In this document: piece after piece, positions 23,584 to 35,966 of the stretch
How the letters are laid out: the number at the start of each line of letters is the position of its first letter
Numbering within the stretch: position 1 is the first letter of the stretch
DNA from: Psammoneis japonica
Taxonomy: Eukaryota
Assembly (NCBI GenBank): GCA_008632985.1
Contig: QPGO01000360.1
Location: 1 to 41,025 of the forward strand
Length of the DNA: 41,025 bases
Direction of reading: 5' to 3'
The notes under the pieces: model-generated
Database searches by the model: none
Told to the model about the DNA's origin: nothing
Seen by the model: the letters and a program-made list of their open reading frames with translations, nothing else
Program-made: the position numbers and the translations under genes

Positions 23584-24200
23584 TGCGAAAAAGTCGTGCT
23601 TCTTTCAAACAACGACAAGACGAAATTCCCACACTCAACGAATTCATGCACAAGGCTGCTGTACTCCGACAATGCCGAACATTCTTGAGAGCATCGAAAA
23701 ACATCTCGGCAGGAATGGAGCGCGACCAAGCTCAAGATGAATTCGGCGTTCCTTATCGAGATTTAGTCTAAGAGACGGCTCTGATCCATTGGCCATTCAA
23801 ATGTCCTTTAAATGGGGTGAAATGCGATTAAAGAGCTTTGTTTCCATGGTGGGACATCAAACTCCAGCTTTTCAAAAGAATCCATCAATGTTCACAACAA
23901 ATGCCAGTAATGATGATGAGGAACCACAAAATGATGAGGAGAAAAGCAAGTCTGACATTTGGGGTGAACGAGGACGTGTCGGTGTCGGATGGCCGTGGCA
24001 TCAAAAATAAACTATAGAAAGTGATAGACTGGTGATGACTCTGCTTTGCTGCTGCTTGCTTTTTGTATATTTGCATGACAAAATTCTACATTCTTCCGGA
24101 TCAGCCCAGAGGATTTGCAACCAGAAGCCCGACTCTACCTTTTTAACGCAAGAGAGTGGATCCTCAGAGCAACATAGTCACCTCCCTTTCAAGCTCATTG

Positions 24201-25304
24201 CTAACTCAAATCGCAAAGTCGGAAGGCATCCTCGGGCAAAAAACCAATGGTTTTGGCCATTTTGGCAAACATGCTATAGGGATAGCTCACCAAACCGGGA
24301 TAATTCTTGGGCACCTTGTTGGAAACCAACCCTTGTCGGTGCGATAAAAGGAATAGCTCGAGCCATTCACTGCTCGTCACGGCCCGAATGTAGGGTTGGG
24401 GTTGAACGGTTGTAGTGTACACATGCGAGTATTGTTGTTTGCGCTCCTTGATCCACTCCTTGGCTGCAACACTGTCTGTGGCGAGATAATAGGTTACATT
24501 TTCTTTCTCTGTCGGGAATAGTTGTTCGGCCAATTCGTCGGCACACGTCAACATTTGTTTCAGAGACGACTCGAGCGATCCCGTGCGCACATCTTTGGTT
24601 CGTTCCAATCCAAACGCAGCCACATCACCAGCTCGAAAGTGAATACCAATACTCGGTTGCCCAATGATTTGGTCGTGGTGTTGTATTTTTCTTGTAGTGC
24701 AGGTGTTGGACGACAGAGTGCATAAAAATAGCATGCATCATACTCAAACGAAGCTCCGCCCTTTTGAAAATTCACGTGTGCACGCGTTTCCTGGCCATTG
24801 GCAAAATCCTTGACGGTTCGCTCTTGGCCAGGCCAAGAGCGATACCGAAACACTTGGCCCCACCATCCCGACTTGTCTTGGTAGACGGCTGATTTCAAAC
24901 TTCCATGCCTTGTACCTCGTGATCGAGTTGAATGGCAATTCCCTCCTTCATTGCCAACTCGACGGCGGATAACAAAAAGCGCATTCGATGACCTAATCCC
25001 ATGCACGGATCGCAGTGTCCCCAACTATTGCACCATTTGCGATGACATACAAAAACCATTCGTTTCTCGTGCTGTTCTTGAACGTGATGAAACTTGGTCA
25101 CAGTGTCGAGACAGTGTTCTGGTACAAACTCGTCGTCATACGTTTCAAACGTGTCGGCATAATACAGTTCGGGTGGAGGGGATTTTTGCAGAGTACAAGT
25201 AGCAGAAGAATTCCTCCCAGTAAAAGTACGGCGTGCCGCCTTTGCAGTAGTAACAGTCGTTGAAACGCAAACCGCCGATGGCTTTCACCATTGTCGGAAC
25301 CCAT
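24201..25304 (-). CDS. Type II membrane glycosyltransferase-like protein (fucosyltransferase-like motifs), frameshifted
   Basis: N-terminal TM AVLLLGGILLLLVLC; GLGHRMRF; IGIHFRAGD; YYLATDS; LELFLLS. Confidence 0.6.
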
Positions 25305-25469
25305 TTTATGCACGCAGCTGTGCCGAAGTGGAATAAAAGTTGATGGCGGAGGGCAGAGTGCAGAGTGACTAAAATTGAAAATCCACAAAACCAAAAAAAT
25401 CCAGCCACACCGCGGGGACGTTTTTTAGGACGGTTTGGCGAAATCCAGTTGATTTATTTACCGTGTGGA

Positions 25470-27110
25470 CTGTCTTCTCCCGAATCTTGTCAATCTGTTG
25501 GAGCATCTTTGCCATCCGGTGAGTCGCAAACACAATTGCAAACACAGGAACTTGACCCATGCTCTCAACATGATGTTCATTTTGCTCAGACGGCAGCCGC
25601 GAAGCTCCGAGGTTGTTTTGCCTTTGACCAGCACATCCCCAGTGCCAATCATTGGAAGGTGCACTCAACAACCTCCCAGACCTGGGAGAGCCACCGATGG
25701 CAGAGACCAAGAAGGTCTCTGACTTCCTGGAGGCTGACAGAAGAAAGTGTCATGCTGGGGGGTGGCAACCAGGCCAACCTCTCCATTTTTGAGCTGCATG
25801 ATCAGCACATTGCACAAAGACTCCAGAGTTGACAATGCGAAGAGCTGTGACTGCTCATCAGTGCAGTGGCCAAGTTTGAACTGAAGCCAGGAAATGAGAG
25901 TGAGATGAACAGCGTGTTGTGTGTTGGCAGCAACAGATGCCAATTTAGACAAAGAGGCATTGGAAAATGTGAGCAATTTTCACAACATCAAGCTGCAACA
26001 AAGACCAGATGTGCACGCAAGCTGCCCAAATTTTGTTCACAATTTTGGCAGCTTTTTGCAACTCAAGAGCTGTCAAAATCATCTGATCACTGACAAAAAT
26101 CAAGTGAAGAAGCCACAGCTGTTTTAAAGACATTTGACGAGTTGAAAAGCAAGCAAGAGCAGTTGAAAGCACTGCCTCAACTCAACAACTGTGAAAACAA
26201 TGCAGCTGTTTTGCACACTCCAATGTGCACTCTTTTCATTGCTGCACGGCCTGTGTGTGCCATGCATTTTGACTATGAAGACCTCTGAAACCACCACAGC
26301 TTTGACACCAGCTCAGAAAATTTGCACGAGGCACCAAGTTTGGCAGGCTCTGGGCTTCAAGATTTTGGGTGCTGGCCTTGGCAGAGGTGCAACTCAAAAA
26401 AGGTGGCACAAACAAATGCTGTTGGCAGCTTCAACACACATGCATTGCAATGTGTGCATCATGTGACTGTGCCAGTGCAAGCTGATGGTGCGCACAGGTG
26501 TTGGAGCACAAAAGCACAGCAGCGAATCTGACTGTGGCTGCGTTGGACCCAGCTGAGGTGTCAAGAGTTTTTGCTGAACAGCAGAGCCCACTGGGCTTCA
26601 AAAGTGAGAAGAGTCCATGGCTCTGTCTGAGAGTGAAAGAGATGGCATCAAGCTGCCGCTTGTTTTGCTGATGTGTGGGGGAGAAGGGCCTGTGCAGCAG
26701 ATGATGGGCGCTGTGGCGCACGCCAACAGAGAGCACAGAGCTGTTGCTTCCGTGCTGGTGAAAGAACAAAAGCAGAAAATGCACCAAGTGGCAACCAATG
26801 GACAATGACCAAACACAAAAAAACAAGCACCATTTGGGGACATGTGAGGCCAAGGTGGGTGCCACAATGTGCAAAAGCCCTTGAGCCAGAGCCAGAGCAG
26901 TGTGGTGCTTTGACTGTGGTGGCTGGGCACGACAATTGAGAGCCTCTGGCAGAGCTGGCTGCACCTTCATTCCCCCTTCTGCTGGCCACCTCCCCGCTTA
27001 TTTTGTCCTTTCAGCTAGAAATGGGTGTCAGATTTGGTCAGATCATTGCTGCACTTTTCCCTTCCATCTGAGAAGTTGCTCTGCTCGCAAAGCACACCCG
27101 CATGCATAGA
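25470..27110. other. TpA- and CpG-depleted degenerate block, probably a decayed transposon
   Basis: TA is nearly absent, with sharp compositional edges next to normal genes. No confident protein match. Confidence 0.6.
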
Positions 27111-27268
27111 CAGACAGAAAATCATTTGACTCATTACCAATTACACTGCCCACCATTTTTTCTGCCGCCGACAAAAAACAAAACAGAAACGCTCCCTACT
27201 CCCCGACAGTATACTTTCTTTATAGTTAGTCTCTAATCGTTGTTGCTTCATAGCAAACACTTGTTACC

Positions 27269-28845
27269 ATGTCTCCAGTCGACGAGGATTTGCGTTTTGG
27301 GATTCTTCAATATCTCCAATCCCATGGCGAATTCGAAAAGAGCGCCAAGGCGCTCAAGCAAGAATTGAAAAAGTTGTATGGAATCTCCAACAAGCCCACG
27401 GTGTTTGGAAGTTTGACCCTCTTGCCTCCACCGCCACCGAAAAAAGCGTCTCTTCCACCACTGCCCAATAACGATGGATCGGAAGCGGATACAGAAGACA
27501 GTGATGACGACGACGAAGAAGAAATCATGCCGTCGGGTACAAAACGAAGCAACTCCAAGGATGCGAGTGAAACAGCAAAGAAAGCCGTACCGAAACCGAA
27601 AGCATCCGCAAATAGCTCAAGCAGTTCTAGCAGTAGCAGTGACTCCTCCTCCTCGTCATCATCATCTGAAAGTGAAGAGGAGACTACCAAAGCAAAAGCA
27701 GTCACCAAAAAGAGTGAATCGAGTAGCAGCAGCAGCAGCAGCTCTTCGTCATCGTCGTCGGAAAGTGAAGAAGAAGCCTCCAGAACAAAAGCTGTCGCCC
27801 AAAAGAAAGAATCTAGTAGTAGCAGCAGTAGCAGTAGCAGCTCATCCTCATCATCATCGGAAAGTGAAGAGGAAACGACAAAGCCAAAAATGGTCGCCAA
27901 GAAGAGTGAATCCAGTAGCAGCAGCAGCAGCAGCTCGTCATCGTCTGAAAGCGAAGAGGAAGCAGACAAAGCAAAAGCAGTCACTAAAAAGAAAGATTCT
28001 GGCAGCAGCAGCAGTAGCAGCAGTGACTCTTCCTCTTCTTCTTCGGAAAGTGAGGATGAAGGAAAGGTAAAGGCGACCGACAATAAGAGAAAGCATGACA
28101 GCAGTGGTAGTAGTAGCAGTGATTCATCATCTTCGTCTGAAAGCGAAGACAGCAAGAACCTCTCGCCCGTACGGAAAAAGTTGAAATTGGAAAACGTCAT
28201 TGAAGATAAACAAGAAGGCAACGATTCAGCAAAGAAGGAGGAATCTCTCGTTGAAGCTGCTCACAAGGTGACATCGTCCGACGATAGCAGTGACGTAAGC
28301 GACACGGATGTGAGTGATGTATCCGATGTATCGACCGATTCTTCGTCCGACGACAGTTCTAGCAGCAGCAGCGACGACTCGTCGTCATCATCCGAGGACG
28401 AGGAGGAGGCACGTAAACACCTCGAGGCAAAAAAGGCGGCGGCACGGAAAAAGGCACAACAAGCCGCCAAGGCGGCAGCAAGCTGGACACCCAAAAAGTC
28501 TCCAAATAATGACGCGGCTAATACAACGCCCATTACTACAAAACGTGGCACAGACGGTGCTCAGGCTTTGTCGTCTGGCAAACCCTTTCAACGGGTGGAT
28601 GATGAATATTGGGGCGAGGCGGCTCTCCAACACGGTGGGGCATGGCGGACAATTCGTATGAAGGTGTCTTTGGGAACGAAGGATTCGGCTCCAAGGCGTC
28701 TGAAAAGCTACTCACGGTGCGTGGTAAGGACTTTCGACATGAAAAGACCAAGCGCAAGAGAAGTTATAATGGCTTTGCAAAGGCGGGAGGTGCAATATCC
28801 ATGCAGAGCAATTCTACCAAATACACGTATTCTGATGAGGAATAG
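27269..28845 (+). CDS. NOLC1: Nucleolar phosphoprotein SRP40/Nopp140-like; 1-nt frameshift ~28640
   Basis: LisH-like ILQYLQSHGEFEKSAKAL; alternating poly-Ser/acidic and Lys/Ala blocks; SRP40_C-like KPFQRVD, DNSYE, GKDFRHEKTKRKRSY. Confidence 0.9.
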
Positions 28846-29220
28846 AATGCAAAGTTGTGGTGTGCTGTAGAAAAGTTATTAGTGAAGGCGTACTGCACAA
28901 AAAGAGAAATCATCATTTGCAGCTACTATCTGTGCTTTATGTCGAAGTGTTGTGGGGCTTGGGAGAAGAAATTTAATATGTCTACATACTGCATGAGCCA
29001 GCGAGTTGTGTGCCAAGTTTACAGGATTGTCATGGAGTATTCTACAAGCGTAAAAAAAAAACATGCTGTGAGCAGTGAGGAGTAAGAGTATTTATCACTT
29101 GGCGTGCCCGGGATGAACCTGGTACTTCTACTACCTGTAAGGTTACTTGTTGAGCTTGAGATTACGATAGTAGCAACGGTACGTAGGCCCTCTACAGTAC
29201 ACTAGTTGTAGAGAGTAGCT

Positions 29221-30300
29221 TCAAGTTTTCTCTAGAGTGATTAGAGAGTCTATGGTATATTGGAAGGGATGCGTCTGGGGAAATGTGTGGCGGAAGGGTC
29301 GCGCGAAGCGCGCTAGGGGATGGGGAGAAAAAGGGTGGACCGAGAGTACGGACAGACGGTTGAGAGGAGGAGTTGGTAACAGCAGGGTGGCGGAGGAGGA
29401 AAGCTTGATGCGTAGAAAGATGGGTGGAGAGAGCAAAGCCGAAGTTAAGACTGAGGATTTGGGAGGCCCAAAGTGATGGTGTTGAGGCGTGATGTGAAGA
29501 GCCGAAGCGGTCTTGAGAGAGTTGTTTCCAGGCCCCGCGTTGGAGTTGGCAAGGAGATCGGAGGGTGCGAGGAGTGAGTTGGTGCAGGCGGAAAAGGATG
29601 GCTGAGAGTTGGAAAAGGAGGCAGGACTTGTCCAGGGTGGTTTAGGAGGAAGGGGTGGCATGGGGGAGGAAGTTTTGGCAGAGGTGCCGAAGAAAAAGGT
29701 GTTGAAATGGCAGCCGATGCCGCCGAGGTGGTCGAGGATGAAAGGGAGAAGGAAGAGACCGGCTTGGTTGATGGCGTCAATGATGTTGGATCTGTGAGTG
29801 GATGATGCAGAGCAACCAAGGAGCTTGTCCCATGTGCTGCTGAGGTGAGCCTTGTTGAGTGGGTTTTCAGGGACAGGCAAACCAGGTGCAGGAAGCGGGG
29901 CAGCTCTCGAGAGGCAAACAATCGCGTGGCAGGACAGAGGTGACAAAAAGCGTTCGCCAAAATGACCGGGACATCGGGGCATGTCTCAGGATGGCACAAA
30001 AGCAATGCCAAATGGAAACTTGGCTGTCACATTGAATGAAGGCGAGAACCACGTCTTTCAACATGTGAACGAGAAAGATCAGATCGAAGCGACTGAGCCT
30101 GTGCAGGTCGATCTAGGGCCCCAGCTGCCGGTGATGTTGACGAGAGTTGTGAGATGTGATCGTGCACTCTTTTGCCAACCAACCTGTGGGCAAAAGAGCA
30201 CCACACTCCCACAGGAAGTCAGACCAACCGGAGGTGTGGGAGCATGAACAACACGGTTGTTTGGCTCTTCAACCCATCCACCATCACCCCAGAAGCAACC
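29221..30300 (-). mobile_element. 3' fragment of a non-LTR retrotransposon (CRE/RLE-like), degenerate
   Basis: LFLLPFILDHLGGIG and, after a frameshift, RFGSSHHASTPSLWASQILSLN resemble recalled C-termini of diatom non-LTR ORFs. TA loss increases toward 30300. Confidence 0.5.
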
Positions 30301-30306
30301 TAAGAA

Positions 30307-33300
30307 TGGATTGTGTCGGGATCTGCAATCCTTTCAACAACTGTGTCAGTTCCAACAGAGGGAAGCACAGTTGTTCCCGCCATCCCTGCTGGCTCCGGTG
30401 TGAGGTTCAGTGCCTCTGACACTCGGTTGACACAAAAAGGTGTGATTGGGTTCACCCTTTGCTGGCAGCAGATCAACTCATGCATCAGGCACTTGTTGGT
30501 TTGGGTTGTGGCTGTGCAAACAACACCTGTGATGACAAATCAATCAAAAGCATCATGTGGGTTGCACCTGCAGCAGATGCCACTGTGTGCATCGACTGTG
30601 ATGGCGATGGATCATTTGACGACTCTTTTCAAGCTTTGGAGCTCTGGTCAATCAAAATCTCTGACAACTCAGATGCAGACATGACTGGGGCAACTGCATT
30701 TGCTGCTGCTGGTGGTCCTGATGACCCAACGGTGGACATCACAGTTGCTTGGGACAGAACCCCTTTGTTTTGCATGTTTTTCAGAGACTTGCTCATTGGA
30801 CCTCAGAACAACTGCACCCCCTTTGCCAATGCTTTTGGCTGGAAAGACATCGGCTCTCCTCCAGGACATTGATGGACATGGAAAGGCTGACTTGGGTGAC
30901 TTGTTGTTGCGCGCTGTTTGAGTGGCAAACACCGGAAGAGTTGGTGCACTGACTGGTGGCTGGAATGTCACAAACTTCTGCAATGCCATGTTGGATGCCA
31001 GAGACTGCATGGCAAACACTGCCATGTGCAATGATGGAACTAAAAGGTTTCCATCCAAGACAAAGCATCTGGAACTCCCTTCCCTCTTGGGGGGCTAAGG
31101 TCTGACCAGTCCGTTGATCTTGGCCACTGAAGGGGCACATGAAATGACATTCAAAGTTGCACAAAGCAAAACATTGATGATTTGGAAGCAGGCGTGGATC
31201 AAATTTCCAGTGCTGGAGAGATCAATGGAAACAAATCTGATTGGTTTGAATCTGCAACCCTGCTTGATTTTAATCCAAACATTGAGCATGATGGCGCTGA
31301 TTGTCCCAGATCAGAGTCTTTTGGAATGCAACAAGAAGATCCGGTGACACATTGCTGCAACATGATCAACCTGGAGACACCCAGTTGAGCAGTGTCAAAG
31401 TCTCAGATGCTGTTGCAAGCCTTGTGCTCCGACGGCATTCAGCCCAGGCAGCTGGCAAGTGCTTGCATTCCAAACTGACGTTGAACGCAGTCAATTCAGT
31501 GCTGCCACAGCATCAAGGATCACAAACCACAGAGATGGAGAGAAATGATTGTTGATCAATTCATGGACCCTGTCACATCATCTGATGCTGCCGGTGCAGA
31601 TGCGCTCCTTGCACCAACAGCAAATGACAAAAATTGCGCTGCCAATGAAGACACCCCAATCCAAGTTGCTTCCCCTGAAAATCTTTCGAATGACAGTGAT
31701 GAGAACTGGAACAATGATTTGATGGTGACTGTCTTGATGGCACCTGCAAATGGATCTCTTGACCAGAATGCGCCAATGTGGACTTCAATGGATTGGATTC
31801 TCACACGTGCAAGGCCTGCAACCAAAACGGCCCATGTGACCAAGCGACAGTCACGGTCATTGTCAAGGGGATGAACGATCAACCCGCTGCTCTCAACAAC
31901 TCAATCGTGACTTCAGAAGACACTCCAGCAACAATTGACATTGCAGACAATGATCTTGACATCAATGGTGACCTTGTCCCATTCAAAGCTGCTGTTTTAA
32001 CCAGGCAGACAAACAGGACAGTGGATGACAACAGCAATGGCACCATTGCGCACACCCCACATGAAGACTTCAATGGTGTTGATGCGTTCGCACACCACCA
32101 AGTGCGAGACACTGACAGCAACTGCACCAGTGCAACCACAACTGTTGCACTTGATGGTGTGGACAATGCACCTGTCACTTTGGGTGACTCCATCATGACT
32201 CCAGAAGACACTCCAGCAACGATTGACATTGCAGACAACAATCTTGACATCGATGGTGACCTTGTCCTCAGCACAGCCGCTGTTTTAACCGGGCCAACAA
32301 ATGGATCAGTGGACAACAATGGTGATGGCACCTTTGTGCACAACCCCCATGCAGACTTCAATGGTGTCAACATGTTCACATGTCAAGCGTGCAACACCAA
32401 TGGTGACTGCGCTGCTGTGACCACAACCATTGCAGTTGATGCCATGAACGACGCACCTGTTGCTTTGGATGACTCCATCACAACTCCAGAAGACACTCCA
32501 GTGATGATCAACATTGCAGACAAGAATGATCTTGACATTGATGGTGACCTTGTCCCAAGTGCAGCTGCTGTTTTAACTGGGCCGACAAATGGAACAGTGG
32601 ACAACAACGGTGATGGCACCTTCACACACACCCCAGTTGAAGACTTCAATGGTGTCAATGCAATCAAATGTCAAGCGCGCAACACCAACAGTGACTGCAC
32701 TGCTGCAACCACAACAACTGCAGTTGAGGCCATGAACAACACACCTGTTGCTTTGGACGACTCCGCCATGACTCCAGAAGACACTCCAGCAACAACTGGC
32801 ATTGCAGACAATGATCTCGACATCAATGGCGACCTTTTCCTGAGCACAGCTGCTGTTTTAACCAGGCAAGACTTTGACGGCAAAGATGCACTCACACATC
32901 AAGCAGTGCGCACAATGCCAACGGTGACTGTGCACTGCAGCAACTGTCAATCTTGTTGTGCTTGGTGTCAATGATGCACCAGTTGTTGTTGTGGATGCAG
33001 TGAGCACCAACAAGGACACTGCGGTGGATGTCAACACAGTCACCAATGCTCCAGAGGATGTTGATGGCAACCTTGATGCAACTTCTGCAACAATTCTGAC
33101 ACCACCTGAGAATGGCCAGGTTGTCAACAATGGCGACGGAACATTTGCATGCACTCCGGACCCAGACTTCAATGGCAAAGACTCCTTCACCTGCCAAGTG
33201 TGCCACATTGACCAAGAATGTGCAACAGCTGCTGTCACCATCACTGTTGAACCTGTCAATGACCCTCCTGTGGCACAGAATGGCAAATTTGCCATGGAAG

Positions 33301-34490
33301 AAGACGATGTGCTTGACACTCCGATTGGCGCAATCTTGCTGAATGACAGTGATGACAAAAATGAACTGAACCAATTGTCTTTGGTGGTTCTCACATCAAA
33401 TGCGTTGAACGGAGCTGTGGTCAATCAAGGAGATGGAACACTTTGGTGCACTCCCAACCCTAATTTCAATGAAGTTGATGAACTCACCTGCGCCATTTGC
33501 AACACTGGTGGTCTCTACAACAGTGCCCTTGTCACAATCACTGTCAGCTCCATCCTGGATCCACCCATTGCCCAGGACCTTGGACTTGTCATTGACCAGG
33601 ATGCAGACTTGTTTCTTTCCGAGGCGGCTGGAATCAAGCAATGTCTTTCATGCAAGGACGGCATGTTGGGATGCACAAACTGTTCAAACGCTGGCATTTC
33701 TGATGTGGACACACCACTCGGCACCTTGATGATTTCCACAATGGAAAGCACGAGCCAGTTTGGTGGAGACATTGATTCCACATCCAATGGCAAGTTTGCT
33801 TGTGAGCCAGCAGAAGGCTTTGCCAGCATTGATGACGCTGAGTGCTTGGTTTGTGATCCTGAGGCAGGGTGTGCATGACACTGGAATGATCAAGATGATT
33901 GTCATGCCTGCAACCAAGCACAATTGTTCTGTTTGCTGTGGAGACTGGAGTCAGGTGGTCACTTTTACATCTCCAACAATTTGGGTTGAGAGAGTGTGCA
34001 GATTAAAGAGTTTTCTCTCATTTTTGAGCACCTGACCAGCGGTGGCACATGCGCTTCCGGCACTTGGACGCCATTCGAGGTGGTTGGCTGCAAATTTGAC
34101 CATGCCACAAGGACCGTGCTTTGCTCAAACAACATGGTTGTCAAATTTCAGCAGTGCAAGGCCAACACACACATCCCACCAGGTGCAGAGACTCATGCCA
34201 TGGCATTGACAGATGTTTTGGCAGCATGTCAAGCAATTCAATCAAGAGCATCATCTCTTTGAGCATGGAGGGAGCAAAAGGTGAACTCAGGGATCCAAGG
34301 GAACCCAACGGTTGCATTTCCCAAGGCAGATGCTCCAAAGGTTGCAGCAAAGGCAAGGGCAAGGGTTGAAAATGCAGAAGAAGTCTCAACTGATGCTCTT
34401 CCTGCACCCGCTCCAACTCCTGCCAGCAAGGGCAGAAAAGGAAAAGCAGTGAGAGCCGGCAAGGGAGGAAAAGGAAAACAAGCAGCATGA
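30307..34490 (+). pseudogene. Hypermutated gene for a large extracellular protein with tandem ~95-aa cadherin-like / Big_9 (tandem-95) Ig domains and a GK-rich tail
   Basis: Repeated NDAPVALDD..TPEDTP..I..NDLDIDGD..LTGPTNG.V.NNGDGTF.xTP..DFNG.D.FTxQ units at a ~285-290 nt period; ends GKGGKGKQAA*. Has stops and frameshifts; the 5' limit is approximate. Confidence 0.85.
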
Positions 34491-35167
34491 AAGCAAGATC
34501 TTCCATCACCACAATTGTTGCATTGCCCCCAAGCATTTGCTCTTTAGATGCAACACAAAAGAGCAAATGAGCCACTTCAAAAGTCAACAAGATCGTCATC
34601 TTCATCTTCCCCAAACCAGGCTCAGCTTGTGCAGTGGGCTCTTTCATTGCCGCAATTGTTGGATTGCCCACCAACATTTGCTCTTTGGGTGCAACACACA
34701 ACAGCAAATGAGCCATTGCATGAGTCAACATGATCATCATCTTTGTCCTCCCCAACCAGCTTGGCTTGCAGGGAGCTTCCCACAAGGGTGGAAAAGAAAA
34801 ACCAGCATGAAAGTGCAGGCTTCCATTGCAGCAATTGTTGGATTGCCCCCAAGCATTTGCTCTCTGAGCATGACAGCACACATGCCATCACATGGGTCAA
34901 TGTGATCGTCATCATCTTCGTCTTCCCCAACCAGCTTGGCTTGTGCCGTGGTGGGGAGCTGCTCAGTTTTCTGTGCACTTGCTTGGCGCTCATCCTGCGT
35001 TGAAACCAAGATGGGTCATGGGGCCACTTGTGCTTGTTAAAACCAGTTGTTGGAGTCCGCAACATGACTGCTGGCTCAAAAAGTCGTCAGAAAGAATGTT
35101 GTGACACCACTCTCGACTCTTTCTCAGGATGTCTTTCAGGATGTGCTGTGAGATGACCTGTGCATCT

Positions 35168-35208
<41 letters not shown>

Positions 35209-35540
35209 TGTTTTCAAAGCTCCTCATCCCACTGCTGTCTCGCATGGCAGGGACCTGCTTTTTCGCGTTGCGAGGAGCGGATGTCATGCAAGAAAAGCAC
35301 AAAAGCCTTTGCGTGCACAAGTCAATGTAATCATCAGTTTTGTTTTCCCATCAAGCTCAGCTTGCAGGGGAGCTTCTCAGTTTTCCATGTTCTTGGCACT
35401 CCTCCTGCGTTGTTGAAACCGAGGGGCTGCACGTGCTTGTTAAAAAACAGTTTGTTGTTGGAGTCCGCAACATGCCCACCTTCTGACTCAGAAAGTCAGA
35501 AAGAAGACCACCACACACTCTCAACTCTTCCTGAGAGCAT
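34483..35540. repeat. Degenerate satellite-like repeats (~140-180 bp subunits)
   Basis: CAATTGTTG(C/G)ATTGCCC at 34512, 34653 and 34832; CAGCATGAAAG at 34483 and 34803; 34895-35125 resembles 35320-35540. Confidence 0.75.
35170..35208. repeat. (CT)n microsatellite
   Basis: Seen directly in the sequence. Confidence 0.95.
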
Positions 35541-35966
35541 CATCACTCTCGTGTTCTTTTTTCATTCTCGCGCATTTGTGTTTTTGCGTTTCGAGCAGGC
35601 TGCGGAGCAATTTCACGCTCTGCGCATCAGCCCTCCTCTTTGTGAGCACTTCGAGTGCACCCACACGATCAACGCCACTACATGACGATGTCTAATGCAC
35701 AAAATAGGATTAATTGAAATGCGCCGTGAGCTGCGTTCGCAACATCATTGTCGCAACACTTTTTGTCCTCTTGCGTTATTTTTCGACGAATTCAACGTGG
35801 ACGGACGACGGACGGGCGCGACGAGTTCGAGGCTGTACTCATTCGACCTCTCTCTTGCATTCAAAAGATCTTTTCCACGTGTCCTGTCCTACAAATTCCA
35901 CGTGAGATCCACATCTATGTTCACCGTTCACCTCTCACTTTTGTGCTGTTGGCCGTTGCATCCACC

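Noticed and set aside
23583..24200. Short ORFs between the Copia relic and the glycosyltransferase-like gene
   Set aside because: No recognisable motif or consistent gene structure.
25361..26200. hAT transposase relic (CAGAGT start, LTHALNM, TWESH-like words)
   Set aside because: The resemblance is too weak, and no matching TIR or 8-bp TSD was found.
27307..28221. 304-aa antisense ORF
   Set aside because: It is the shadow of the low-complexity SRP40 coding strand.
6769..35690. Numerous Cys/His-rich, Tyr-free ORFs in the depleted blocks, read as novel metal-binding proteins
   Set aside because: This is the expected artefact of TG/CA enrichment and loss of TAA/TAG stops. They occur in all six frames with no coherent domain.
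272..35690. ADAR-type RNA editing fixed by reverse transcription
   Set aside because: Changes occur on both strands, differ between the two LTRs, and affect a DNA MITE and an intron-containing gene. TAG, the preferred ADAR context, tends to be spared.
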